Positions 18,913 through 27,627 of a stretch of DNA of 36,951 nt are shown piece after piece. The position numbers were made by a program, and so were the translations under genes. The first letter of the stretch is position 1. Each line of letters starts with the position of its first letter. The DNA is taken from contig MFLP01000006.1 of assembly GCA_001781555.1 (NCBI GenBank), positions 1-36,951 of the forward strand, written 5' to 3'. The notes beneath the pieces were generated by a model, which saw only the letters and a program-made list of their open reading frames with translations, had not been told where the DNA came from and made no database searches. This DNA comes from Candidatus Kaiserbacteria bacterium RIFCSPHIGHO2_12_FULL_53_13 (GTDB taxonomy: Bacteria > Patescibacteriota > Minisyncoccia > Phycocordibacterales > UBA2100).

Positions 18913-19875
18913 ATGCTCATCGACGATGTCACTGTTAAACTCGCTGGCGGTCATGGCGGCCGCGGTGCCGTGGCGTTCAACAAAGTGCGGCTTTCCCAAG
19001 GTCCTGTCGGAGGCGACGGAGGCGACGGAGGCAGCATATATTTCGAGGGTGTTTCCGATCTGACTATTCTCATACGGTTCGCGCACAGAAAAGAGATATC
19101 CGCACAGGACGGGAAGAACGGGCGCGGGCAATTCATCGACGGCCCGCGCGGCGGTGAGCTTACCTTGATGGTTCCCGTAGGGAGCACGATAACTAATCTC
19201 GATACGGGAAAAGTGGAAGAAATAACGAAAGTGGGCGAGCGCGTCTTGGCGGTCAAAGGCGGACACGGAGGAAAGGGAAATTTCAAGTTCAGGTCGCCGA
19301 CAAATACAACGCCGATGGAGTTCCAGGAAGGGCTTCCCGGCGAAGCGGCCACGTTCAGGATCGAACTGAAGCTTATCGCCGATGTCGGGCTAATAGGACT
19401 TCCGAACGCGGGGAAGTCATCACTGCTCAATGAGCTCACCGCCGCTAAAGCCAGGGTCGCGAATTACGCGTTCACGACTCTCGAACCTAATCTCGGCGCA
19501 TATTACGAACTCGTCCTCGCGGATATACCTGGGCTCATCGAGGGCGCGTCTTCGGGCAAAGGTCTCGGCATCAAATTTCTCAAACATATTGAACGGACAA
19601 GCGTCTTATTCCACCTCATCTCTGCCGAGTCGGAAGACCCGGCGCGGGATTACGAAATTATCCGCTCCGAATTGAAGGCCCACAGCCCCCAGCTCTCGAA
19701 GAAGATCGAATACATATTCCTGACGAAGACCGATATGCTCGCCCCGCAAGAATTGAAGGAGAAATTAGCGGTGCTTGAGAAAATAGGATTGCACGCTATC
19801 CCCATATCTATCCTCGATACGGCTAGCATTGAGCAAGTTAGAAAGATACTCAACAAGATCAAATCCGAGAAGTAG
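18913..19875 (+). CDS. obgE: GTPase ObgE/CgtA (no C-terminal OCT domain)
   Basis: Gly-rich Obg fold, ADVGLIGLPNAGKS, FTTLEP, DIPG, TKTD. Confidence 0.96.
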   Translation: MLIDDVTVKLAGGHGGRGAVAFNKVRLSQGPVGGDGGDGGSIYFEGVSDLTILIRFAHRKEISAQDGKNGRGQFIDGPRGGELTLMVPVGSTITNLDTGKVEEITKVGERVLAVKGGHGGKGNFKFRSPTNTTPMEFQEGLPGEAATFRIELKLIADVGLIGLPNAGKSSLLNELTAAKARVANYAFTTLEPNLGAYYELVLADIPGLIEGASSGKGLGIKFLKHIERTSVLFHLISAESEDPARDYEIIRSELKAHSPQLSKKIEYIFLTKTDMLAPQELKEKLAVLEKIGLHAIPISILDTASIEQVRKILNKIKSEK

Positions 19876-19927
19876 AAGGATATACGCCATCCTCTTATCG
19901 GCTTATTCTCTGATTGCCGCAACGGTG

Positions 19928-19956
19928 TTGACTTTGCCGATGAAATGTATTATTAT
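19928..19956 (+). promoter_or_regulatory. Sigma70 promoter
   Basis: TTGACT (19928-19933), 17 bp, TATTAT (19951-19956). Confidence 0.65.
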
Positions 19957-19966
19957 TGTTATTCTT

Positions 19967-20137
19967 ATGAATGTTCCATCTAAATCATTCCAGTGGCGAG
20001 GCAAGTGGGTAGAAAAACCGCAGCGCGCGAAAGCGCCTGTGTGCGCCTGCGGCAATAAGTACATAAAAACCCGGGAAAATCAGAAGCGATGCATCAGGTG
20101 CATATACGATCCCCAAAAATCAGGAATTAAGCAGTAA
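19967..20137 (+). CDS. Small basic zinc-finger-like protein (56 aa)
   Basis: VCACGNKYIKTRENQKRCIRC; preceded by a near-consensus promoter. Confidence 0.65.
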   Translation: MNVPSKSFQWRGKWVEKPQRAKAPVCACGNKYIKTRENQKRCIRCIYDPQKSGIKQ

Positions 20138-20152
20138 TTCTTTGTTATAATT

Positions 20153-20551
20153 ATGCCATCCATGAACTCTCCGTTCTCGGCATATGCTCCGGTCGTCCTT
20201 CGGTTCGCACTCTCCGCCCTGTTCCTATGGTTCGGCTTGTCACAGATAACGAACCCCGCTGCATGGATCGCGTGGGTACCCGAATGGACGATCTCAATCC
20301 TAGGATTAAACTCGGCCACCATCGTTCTTCTGAACGGCGGTTTTGAAACGATTTTCGGCATTCTTCTCGCCGTTGGTATTTGGACTCGCTGGGTTGCTTT
20401 GCTTCTAGCGCTCCATCTTTTCTTTATTGCCTACGAAGTGGGCTACAACGACACCGGTATTCGCGATCTCGCTCTCGCCATCTCAACGCTCGCCGTCTCG
20501 CTTTTCGGCCCTGATAAATTCACTCTTGATGATAAAAGAAAGAATATTTAA
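20153..20551 (+). CDS. DoxX family membrane protein
   Basis: VLRFALSALFLWFG, GFETIFG, IRDLAL, GPDKFTLD. Confidence 0.82.
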   Translation: MPSMNSPFSAYAPVVLRFALSALFLWFGLSQITNPAAWIAWVPEWTISILGLNSATIVLLNGGFETIFGILLAVGIWTRWVALLLALHLFFIAYEVGYNDTGIRDLALAISTLAVSLFGPDKFTLDDKRKNI

Positions 20552-20627
20552 CCTAAGAACTGTAGTATAATCAACGAATCATGTTCGCCGCCCACATTAC
20601 TAATATTCTTTGCTAGAATTAAACATT

Positions 20628-22055
20628 ATGTCGGACTTAGGCGAGAAGTGCGGCGTATTCGGAGTTTTCGGGCGCGGATTGGATGTGTCGCGGATAACAT
20701 TCTTCGGCTTGTTCGCGCTCCAGCATCGCGGGCAGGAAAGTTCCGGCATAGCTACTTCTGATGGAGGAGAGCGCATCGCGTGCCACAAGGGCATGGGGCT
20801 GGTCTCACAAGTATTTTCTGAAGAAGTGATGCAGAAATTGACCGGACATATTGCCATAGGACATAATAGATATTCGACGGCTGGCGGTTCTCACGTAGAC
20901 CATGCACAGCCGACGATCGTGGGCAATTGGAGCATAGCTCTCGCACATAACGGCAATCTTCCTAGCACGGTCGCTCTTGAAGAATTTCTGCACGGCAAGC
21001 AGATAGAAACTGAAAAACTTTCCGACTCGCGGATGATAGCAGAAGCAATTGGCGTCCTCGTCAAAGAGGGCGCTTCGCTTGAGGAAGCAATTAAGAAAGC
21101 GTATCCGCTCATGACAGGTGCGTTTTCTATCCTCATCATGTCGAAAGATAAGCTTATTGCAGTACGCGATGAATGCGGCATTCGCCCGCTCTCTATCGCG
21201 ACATTGAACGGAGGTTTTGTATTTTCCTCTGAAACATGCGCATTTCAAACAGTGGGCGCAGATTTTATCCGTGATGTAAATCCAGGCGAAATGGTTGTGA
21301 TCGATGAAAATGGTTTGCATAGTGAACAGCTCGTAGCTCCGAATCCTAAGATGGACATCTTTGAGTTCGTCTATTTTGCGCGTCCGGACAGTCATTTGCT
21401 CGGAAAATCTGTCTACAGCGTGCGGAGAAATTTCGGGGTACAGCTAGCCAAAGAATATCCTCTGCGAGCCGACGTCATAATTCCAGTTCCTGAAACCGCG
21501 ATTCCCGTTGCGATTGGATACGCGAATGAATCGGGAATACCGCTCGAGATGGGCTTAACAAAGAATCGGTACATTCACCGCACATTTATTGAACCAGAAC
21601 AACACATCAGGGATCAGGGCGTTAAAGCTAAACTAACGCCGATTGCCGAAGTTATTAAGGGCAAGCGCGTCGCCGTTATCGACGATTCCATCGTCCGCGG
21701 CACGACCTCTCGAAAGATAGTTGAGATGTTATTCGGGGCAGGTGCGTCCGAAGTTCATTTTCTCGTATCATCGCCGCCCATCATGTTCCCGGATTTCTAT
21801 GGCATTGATACGCCGAAACAGAAAAATCTCTTGGCATCTGAGAAGTCTATTCCTGAAATGAAAGAATATCTCGGCGCGACATCGCTGCAGTTCCTCTCAT
21901 ATCAAGGAATGATTAAAGCCACCGGCATTCCGGAAGACCAGTTTTCCACCTCGTGCTTCACCGGCGAGTATCCGATAGATATAAAGGAACGCATGAAGGA
22001 AATCGTGGCGAAGAAAGTTTGTTATACGCCATTTTCGAATGAGCACCATGCGTAA
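20628..22055 (+). CDS. purF: Amidophosphoribosyltransferase
   Basis: Propeptide-EKCGVFG, LQHRGQE, GHNRYST, HNGNL, FEFVYFARPDS, DDSIVRGTT. Confidence 0.96.
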   Translation: MSDLGEKCGVFGVFGRGLDVSRITFFGLFALQHRGQESSGIATSDGGERIACHKGMGLVSQVFSEEVMQKLTGHIAIGHNRYSTAGGSHVDHAQPTIVGNWSIALAHNGNLPSTVALEEFLHGKQIETEKLSDSRMIAEAIGVLVKEGASLEEAIKKAYPLMTGAFSILIMSKDKLIAVRDECGIRPLSIATLNGGFVFSSETCAFQTVGADFIRDVNPGEMVVIDENGLHSEQLVAPNPKMDIFEFVYFARPDSHLLGKSVYSVRRNFGVQLAKEYPLRADVIIPVPETAIPVAIGYANESGIPLEMGLTKNRYIHRTFIEPEQHIRDQGVKAKLTPIAEVIKGKRVAVIDDSIVRGTTSRKIVEMLFGAGASEVHFLVSSPPIMFPDFYGIDTPKQKNLLASEKSIPEMKEYLGATSLQFLSYQGMIKATGIPEDQFSTSCFTGEYPIDIKERMKEIVAKKVCYTPFSNEHHA

Positions 22056-22138
22056 CTATAAGTGTTGTGCTAAAAAGAGAGGATTCCGTCGTTTTAACAG
22101 TGAGTCTTTATAGGTCAACAGTGTGTTATTATCTTTCC

Positions 22139-23332
22139 ATGATAAGAAAAATAAGGATCGAAAATTTCAGGAGCATAGCAGATAGCGGAGACGTTTACCT
22201 GCCTAAGTTCGGGGCAATAATAGGTAAAAATGCATCTGGAAAGTCAAATTTCCTTTCCGCAATCGCGTTTCTTAAAGAATTAGTAACGGGAGTTGATATT
22301 GGTACAGCTATTAACGGTATAACACCCATGACATCAGAATTCTTTTATGTCACGGGCAGTCCTAATCGTCCCGCCGCATCTACCCTTATTTCGACCTTTA
22401 AATTTACTATTGAAACTGACTCTGGTCGACATTTTGAATTCACTTATCAAGTCGGTCTTAATTCTACGAAACAACCACCATTCTTTATCAATTCTGAGAC
22501 ACTTATTGAAATTGTAAATGGTTCTGAAAAATCAATTTACACTCGTGAGGGTGAAAATGTATTCGGCGAGGGTACAAGCTCTCCGACAAAAATTCTGCTA
22601 AATCGGTTAGCTTTAGCGTCTCATCCTGACGAGAGTTCTCAACAGGTCGCGAATGCTATACGTTCATATACGATTATCAATGAACAGCCAAAATTAAGAG
22701 GTGACGCAATTTTGGTCAGTGAGAATCGAATAGACACAAATACAGTTGAGGGACTTGCCGTATCTTTGCAGAAAAAAGACCGAGAGTTATTTAATGCGGC
22801 AATGGCTTGCATAAAGAAAATCATACCTTTATTTGAAGGAGCGCAGATACAAGCCATTGAATCTTCAACGGCCAGTGATTCTGTTGATATTAATTCAGAA
22901 GAAAAGAAAAATCCGAAACTATTTTTTGTACTATGGTCTTATAAGGGTTTTGTACCACATTCTTCTGCTAGCTTATCTAATGGAGATCGACGCACAATCT
23001 TTCTGATGTTGAGTTTGTTCAATTCAAGAAGTAAGTCTTTTTTTATTGCAGAGGAAATAGAGAACGGTATGCATTATCAACGACTGGCAAAAATCGTCGA
23101 TCAGCTAAGAACATATGGTAATGTTAAAGAAATTCAAGTACTCTTCACTACTCATAGCAATGAAATTCTTGCGGCATTGATGCTTGACGAGGTTCTCTAT
23201 TGCAGAAAAGAACCTGAAAAAGGATCTTTATTGACTGCAATTAAAGAAACTGCGCAGTACGAGATAATAAAAGAAGAATTACGCGGGGGTAGTACAGCAG
23301 CTGATGTTGTTAATTCGGGGATGTTTGAGTGA
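22139..23332 (+). CDS. ABC-type (AAA_15/AAA_21-like) ATPase, non-transporter
   Basis: IENFRSI, Walker A GKNASGKS, signature LSNG, Walker B FIAEEIENGMH, FTTHS; AT-rich. Confidence 0.88.
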   Translation: MIRKIRIENFRSIADSGDVYLPKFGAIIGKNASGKSNFLSAIAFLKELVTGVDIGTAINGITPMTSEFFYVTGSPNRPAASTLISTFKFTIETDSGRHFEFTYQVGLNSTKQPPFFINSETLIEIVNGSEKSIYTREGENVFGEGTSSPTKILLNRLALASHPDESSQQVANAIRSYTIINEQPKLRGDAILVSENRIDTNTVEGLAVSLQKKDRELFNAAMACIKKIIPLFEGAQIQAIESSTASDSVDINSEEKKNPKLFFVLWSYKGFVPHSSASLSNGDRRTIFLMLSLFNSRSKSFFIAEEIENGMHYQRLAKIVDQLRTYGNVKEIQVLFTTHSNEILAALMLDEVLYCRKEPEKGSLLTAIKETAQYEIIKEELRGGSTAADVVNSGMFE

Positions 23333-23937
23333 TCATGCCTAATCTACCGAGAAAGATTCGGGTAGGATTTCTAGGCGAGAATGATACCGATTTCGCTGTA
23401 ATGGAAATATTGATGTCTCGCGTTCTTGATCCTAGACTCTTACCCGTTATTCAGTTCGTTGGCCAAAAGACCAGAACGTCAATTCTTGGATATGTAAGGG
23501 CTTATCTTCATATCTTTTTTGAAAATCCAATTGAAACTGAGAACATGGCTCTAGCGATATTTGTTACCGATCAGGACTGGGATGCCCGTTCTCGAAGAGA
23601 TACGATTATAGAAACCATAGAATCCTATAATCCAACATATATTGATAAGTGCGCTGTAGGCGTTCCAAATCCTCATATAGAAGCATGGTTAATTGCTGAC
23701 CGAGACAATACAAAACGCATCTTTAATTTTCCATCCGGCAGAGCTTTTCCCAGGAAAATCTCACCAAAAGACTTCCTTCTCGGCCTCATCAGTCAACAGA
23801 CCGGAGTCGATACTATGTCCAGAGAAGACGCCTATAAGAAATTGGCAAATACATCTTCCATTAAGATAATGCGCTCGCATTGTAAAGATTTTAATCAATT
23901 TTGTGAAGATCTGACTTCTAAGAGCAAGATTTTGTAG
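23329..23937 (+). CDS. DUF4276/RloB-like TOPRIM-fold protein
   Basis: FLGENDTD, VTDQD, PHIEAWLIAD, SPKD; GTGA overlap with the ATPase stop. Confidence 0.72.
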   Translation: MIMPNLPRKIRVGFLGENDTDFAVMEILMSRVLDPRLLPVIQFVGQKTRTSILGYVRAYLHIFFENPIETENMALAIFVTDQDWDARSRRDTIIETIESYNPTYIDKCAVGVPNPHIEAWLIADRDNTKRIFNFPSGRAFPRKISPKDFLLGLISQQTGVDTMSREDAYKKLANTSSIKIMRSHCKDFNQFCEDLTSKSKIL

Positions 23938-24002
23938 ACCATACGCTATCGGTCATTCGAGTTGCTAGACGAGAGAGAAGGATTCTAGTAATCTTCGGTA
24001 AT

Positions 24003-25238
24003 ATGTATATACCAAGCGGCAAGATACTGAAAAATTATGCCGATGTGCTCGTGAATTTCGCCTTGGGCGGCGGGAAGGGTATCAAGAAGGGCGAAGTCGT
24101 GCGGCTCTCCGCATCGGAGTCCGCGAAGCCGCTCTTCCTTGCGGTGCATAACGCGATCGTGGACGCGGGGGGACACGTGCTTTCGCACTACTCTCCCGAC
24201 GACGAACAGGGCGATAAGCGTCGCAACGAAAGCTTCACGCGCTATTTCTACGAGCACGCGCAGCCGCACCAGATAAAGTATTTCCCGGCAAAATATCTCA
24301 AAGGCGTCGTCGAGCAGATGGACCACTCCGTCTTTCTTCTGGCCGAAAAAGACCCGCATGCCCTGAAGGGCGTCGACCCGAAAAAAATCATGCAACGCGG
24401 GGTCGCCCTGAAGCCGTTTATGGATTGGCGGCACGAGAAGGAATGGAAAGGGAAGTTCACGTGGACGATCGCGTTGTACGGCACACCCGCAATGGCGCGT
24501 GAAGCGGGGCTCTCCGAGAAAGAGTATTGGAACCAGATAATCAAGGCATGCTTCTTGGACGAGAAGAATCCTATCGCGAAGTGGAAGCAGGTCTACCGAC
24601 AGATTGAGACATACCGCCGGAGGCTCAATCAGCTCTCGCCGAAGATAGACCGCCTGCACGCGGTGGGACCCGATATGGACCTGTGGGTGAAGCTCGGCGA
24701 AAAAAGATCGTGGCTCGCGGGCTCCGGCCGGAATATCCCGAGTTTCGAGATATTCACCTCGCCCGACTGGCGCGGCACCAACGGCTGGATACGGTTCAAT
24801 CAGCCGCTCTACCGCTACAGCAACAAGATCACGGGCATAGAACTGTGGTTCAAAGACGGTCTCGTGGTGAAAAGCAAAGCGAAGACGAATGAAAAACTCT
24901 TGAAAGAAATGATAGCGACCAAGGGCGCGAACCGAATCGGCGAGTACTCGCTCACGGACAGTCGCCACTCGCGCATCACCAAATTCATGGCGGAGACGCT
25001 TTTCGACGAGAACATGGGCGGGCCTTTCGGCAACACGCACTTGGCACTTGGCATGTCATACCGCGATACCTACGCGGGCGACGTCTCGAAATTGACGACG
25101 AAGCAGGCGGAGGCGCTCGGCTTCAACGATTCGTCCGTACACACCGATATCATCTCGACGACCAAGCGCACGGTCACAGCGCATCTCAAGAACGGAACGA
25201 AAAAGATGATCTACAAGAACGGCCGGTTCGTCCTCTAG
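24003..25238 (+). CDS. M29 family aminopeptidase (AmpS/AmpT-like)
   Basis: NIPSFEIFTSP, RIGEYSL, LFDENMGG, HLALG, NDSSVHTD. Confidence 0.92.
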   Translation: MYIPSGKILKNYADVLVNFALGGGKGIKKGEVVRLSASESAKPLFLAVHNAIVDAGGHVLSHYSPDDEQGDKRRNESFTRYFYEHAQPHQIKYFPAKYLKGVVEQMDHSVFLLAEKDPHALKGVDPKKIMQRGVALKPFMDWRHEKEWKGKFTWTIALYGTPAMAREAGLSEKEYWNQIIKACFLDEKNPIAKWKQVYRQIETYRRRLNQLSPKIDRLHAVGPDMDLWVKLGEKRSWLAGSGRNIPSFEIFTSPDWRGTNGWIRFNQPLYRYSNKITGIELWFKDGLVVKSKAKTNEKLLKEMIATKGANRIGEYSLTDSRHSRITKFMAETLFDENMGGPFGNTHLALGMSYRDTYAGDVSKLTTKQAEALGFNDSSVHTDIISTTKRTVTAHLKNGTKKMIYKNGRFVL

Positions 25239-25253
25239 TTCCGTATTTGCAGT

Positions 25254-25808
25254 ATGAAGCTTCAGTTCACAACCGGTTGGCTGAAATTCGCGATCGGCTG
25301 GGTCGGCGTATTCCTTTTCCGGCTGATACCATTCCGCCCGCCGAATTTTGAGCCGATGCTCGCCACGGTTATGCCATTCTCGAAACGCTACGGTTTACTA
25401 GGCAGTTTCTTGTTCGGATTCCTCGGCATCGTACTTTTCGATGCCGTAACATCGGGCTGGGGCGTCTGGACCGCCGTGACCGCGGTCGCCTACGGCCTCC
25501 TCGGCGTCGGGGCGCATGCCTATTTCAAGAATCGCGAGGCATCGAGGGGGAATTTTCTCCGTTTTGGCATCGTCGGCACCGTCCTCTACGATGCGGCGAC
25601 GGGCCTCACCATTGGCCCGATTTTCCAAGGCCAGCCGTTCATGGTCGCGCTTATGGGACAAATACCGTTCACACTAATGCATCTATTGGGGACTATCGTA
25701 TTCGCTATCACCGTGAGCCCGGCGCTTTACCGATGGGTGATCCAGAACGAAACACTTGAGATTCCGGTACTGTGGACAAAGGTTCGCGCGGCGACTGGCG
25801 TGAAATAA
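25254..25808 (+). CDS. ECF transporter S-component-like membrane protein
   Basis: RLIPFRPPNFEP, about 6 TM, QIPF. Confidence 0.65.
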   Translation: MKLQFTTGWLKFAIGWVGVFLFRLIPFRPPNFEPMLATVMPFSKRYGLLGSFLFGFLGIVLFDAVTSGWGVWTAVTAVAYGLLGVGAHAYFKNREASRGNFLRFGIVGTVLYDAATGLTIGPIFQGQPFMVALMGQIPFTLMHLLGTIVFAITVSPALYRWVIQNETLEIPVLWTKVRAATGVK

Positions 25809-25916
25809 AAATCGCGCTACACTCGGATGTGATGCATCACGCCCCGTCACCACATTTTGGCATGACCGTGCTGAAAGAACTCATGTTGAGCGATGATGTA
25901 GAATACATGCACTTGT

Positions 25917-26882
25917 ATGGTTGATGGAATGCACAAGGGGCACGGTAGAAGCAATGCCAAAGTTGGTGCGGGGCACGTCGTCGAAACCCAGCAGTTCGAT
26001 AGGGAGACAATCGAGAAACTCTTTAAACTCGCCGATTCGCTTGAGGGCGTCCGGGAAGAATCGCTCAAGGGGAAGATCATGGCCGCGCTCTTCTATGAGC
26101 CGTCGACACGCACGCGCTTGTCGTTCGAATCCGCGATGCTCCATCTGGGCGGCTCCGTCATAACAATGGAGAACGGTAGTGAATCGTCTTCGGCGACGAA
26201 AGGAGAGACACTCGAAGATTCCACGCGCGTAGTGAATCATTACGCCGACGTCATCGTCATGCGGCATCCCGAAGCCGGCGCGTCTGCGCGCGCGGCGGCG
26301 GTATCGAAAGTACCCGTTATCAATGCAGGAGACGGTGCAGGGCAGCATCCGACACAATCACTCCTCGATCTGTACACGATCAGACGCGAGCTCGGCCGCA
26401 CGGATGACATCCGCATTGCGTTCGTGGGAGACTTGAAGTACGGCCGCGCTGCCCGTTCGCTCGGATATCTGTTGGCGAAATTCAAGAATATCCACATGAC
26501 ATTCGTGTCGTCCGAAGCGCTCAAGATGGGCGATGACATCAAGACGTACCTCAAAAAGCACAAGGTCACCTATGATGAAACGGAGAAATTCGAAGACGCG
26601 ATGCATAAATGCGATGTTATGTATCAGACACGCATCCAAAAAGAACGATTTGCGAGCCAGGAGGAATATCAGAAATTCAAAGGCGTCTACATCATCAATC
26701 GCAAGCTTGCGGATTCGATGAAAAAGGGCGCCATTATCATCCATCCGCTCCCGCGCGTGGGTGAGATAACTCCGGAGGTGGACGACTCGCCGCACGCCGT
26801 GTATTTCAAGCAGGTAGGATACGGTCTCCTCATCCGGATGGCGCTCTTGAAGACGATCCTCGGCGGTCGTAAGATGAAGTAA
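25917..26882 (+). CDS. pyrB: Aspartate carbamoyltransferase, catalytic subunit
   Basis: FYEPSTRTRLSF, KGETLED, NAGDG, HPTQ, GDLKYGR, RIQKER, HPLPR. Confidence 0.96.
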   Translation: MVDGMHKGHGRSNAKVGAGHVVETQQFDRETIEKLFKLADSLEGVREESLKGKIMAALFYEPSTRTRLSFESAMLHLGGSVITMENGSESSSATKGETLEDSTRVVNHYADVIVMRHPEAGASARAAAVSKVPVINAGDGAGQHPTQSLLDLYTIRRELGRTDDIRIAFVGDLKYGRAARSLGYLLAKFKNIHMTFVSSEALKMGDDIKTYLKKHKVTYDETEKFEDAMHKCDVMYQTRIQKERFASQEEYQKFKGVYIINRKLADSMKKGAIIIHPLPRVGEITPEVDDSPHAVYFKQVGYGLLIRMALLKTILGGRKMK

Positions 26883-27428
26883 TCATCTTCGTTCGAGTTT
26901 TCTCGATACATTAATACCGATCCACAATAAGAAAGCACCGAGCAGGTAGCCGGCGAGAACATCGCTTGGGTAGTGTATGCCGAGGTAGAGGCGGCTGAAT
27001 CCTTCAAGCAGGATTAAGACGCTCAAACTAACGGCTGCTGCCTTTTTCCATCTGAGAGGGAGGTTCTTCCAGAGCATACAGACGAGGAATCCGTAGAACG
27101 CTATAGAGAGAACCGCATGGCTGCTCGGGAATGACGAGGTAGTTTCAATATATGCAGCGACTTCAGTCCCGGGTCGCGGACGCATAACGATTTCTTTTAT
27201 GATTCCGGTAGCTACTACGGCGCCATAAGCGCTAGTTATGAGACCTGCCGCGATAGCCCATCGTTTGCGATATGCAAGCAGAATGACGACCGTCGCAGTA
27301 AATCCGATCACGGTCGGAACGCTCGCGAGTTCAGATATCCAGATGAATGTGTGTACAAGAAAAGGATCACGCACCGAATACAGGGTTTGCAGGACCGCGG
27401 AATCTATCGTGGTAATGAATGAAGTCAT
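26883..27428 (-). CDS. PAP2 family phosphatase
   Basis: KEIVMRPRP, SFPSSH, SRLYLGIHYPSDV. Confidence 0.92.
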   Translation of the reverse strand: MTSFITTIDSAVLQTLYSVRDPFLVHTFIWISELASVPTVIGFTATVVILLAYRKRWAIAAGLITSAYGAVVATGIIKEIVMRPRPGTEVAAYIETTSSFPSSHAVLSIAFYGFLVCMLWKNLPLRWKKAAAVSLSVLILLEGFSRLYLGIHYPSDVLAGYLLGAFLLWIGINVSRKLERR

Positions 27429-27627
27429 GAGAGTAAAACAATGTGTTGATTAAGGAATAAATATAACACGGCCGTACTACTCTATTCTGCACGGAATACA
27501 AGCGTCGTAGCCGCGGCGGACCCGGTTCGCGCGATGACGATTGCTGCTCTCATGGGGAAGGTAGGAGAATATGTGAAAGTGCAGGAAATAGTGTTAAAAT
27601 GTGACCAATAAGTTAAACTATCAATAA

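Noticed and set aside
22018-22090. Integron attC or dif-like site before the ATPase pair (GTTATAC, GCGTAAC, TTGTGCTAAA)
   Set aside because: Core sites are in the wrong order, there is no matching site after the second gene, no XerC arm and no integrase
23985-25040. 351-aa antisense ORF and other long shadow ORFs (e.g. 10421-11230, 32766-33503, 35577-36260)
   Set aside because: They lie opposite well-supported genes, have no motifs, and are expected from codon bias
25809-25916. Possible pyrB leader or riboswitch (GTGATGCATCAC palindrome)
   Set aside because: No PyrR-binding loop or U-tract terminator recognised; a TAGAAT box lies downstream, near the start
27470-27560. GC-rich hairpins between the divergent PAP2 and adaptor genes
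   Set aside because: Short imperfect stems with no recognisable RNA family or second copy in the window
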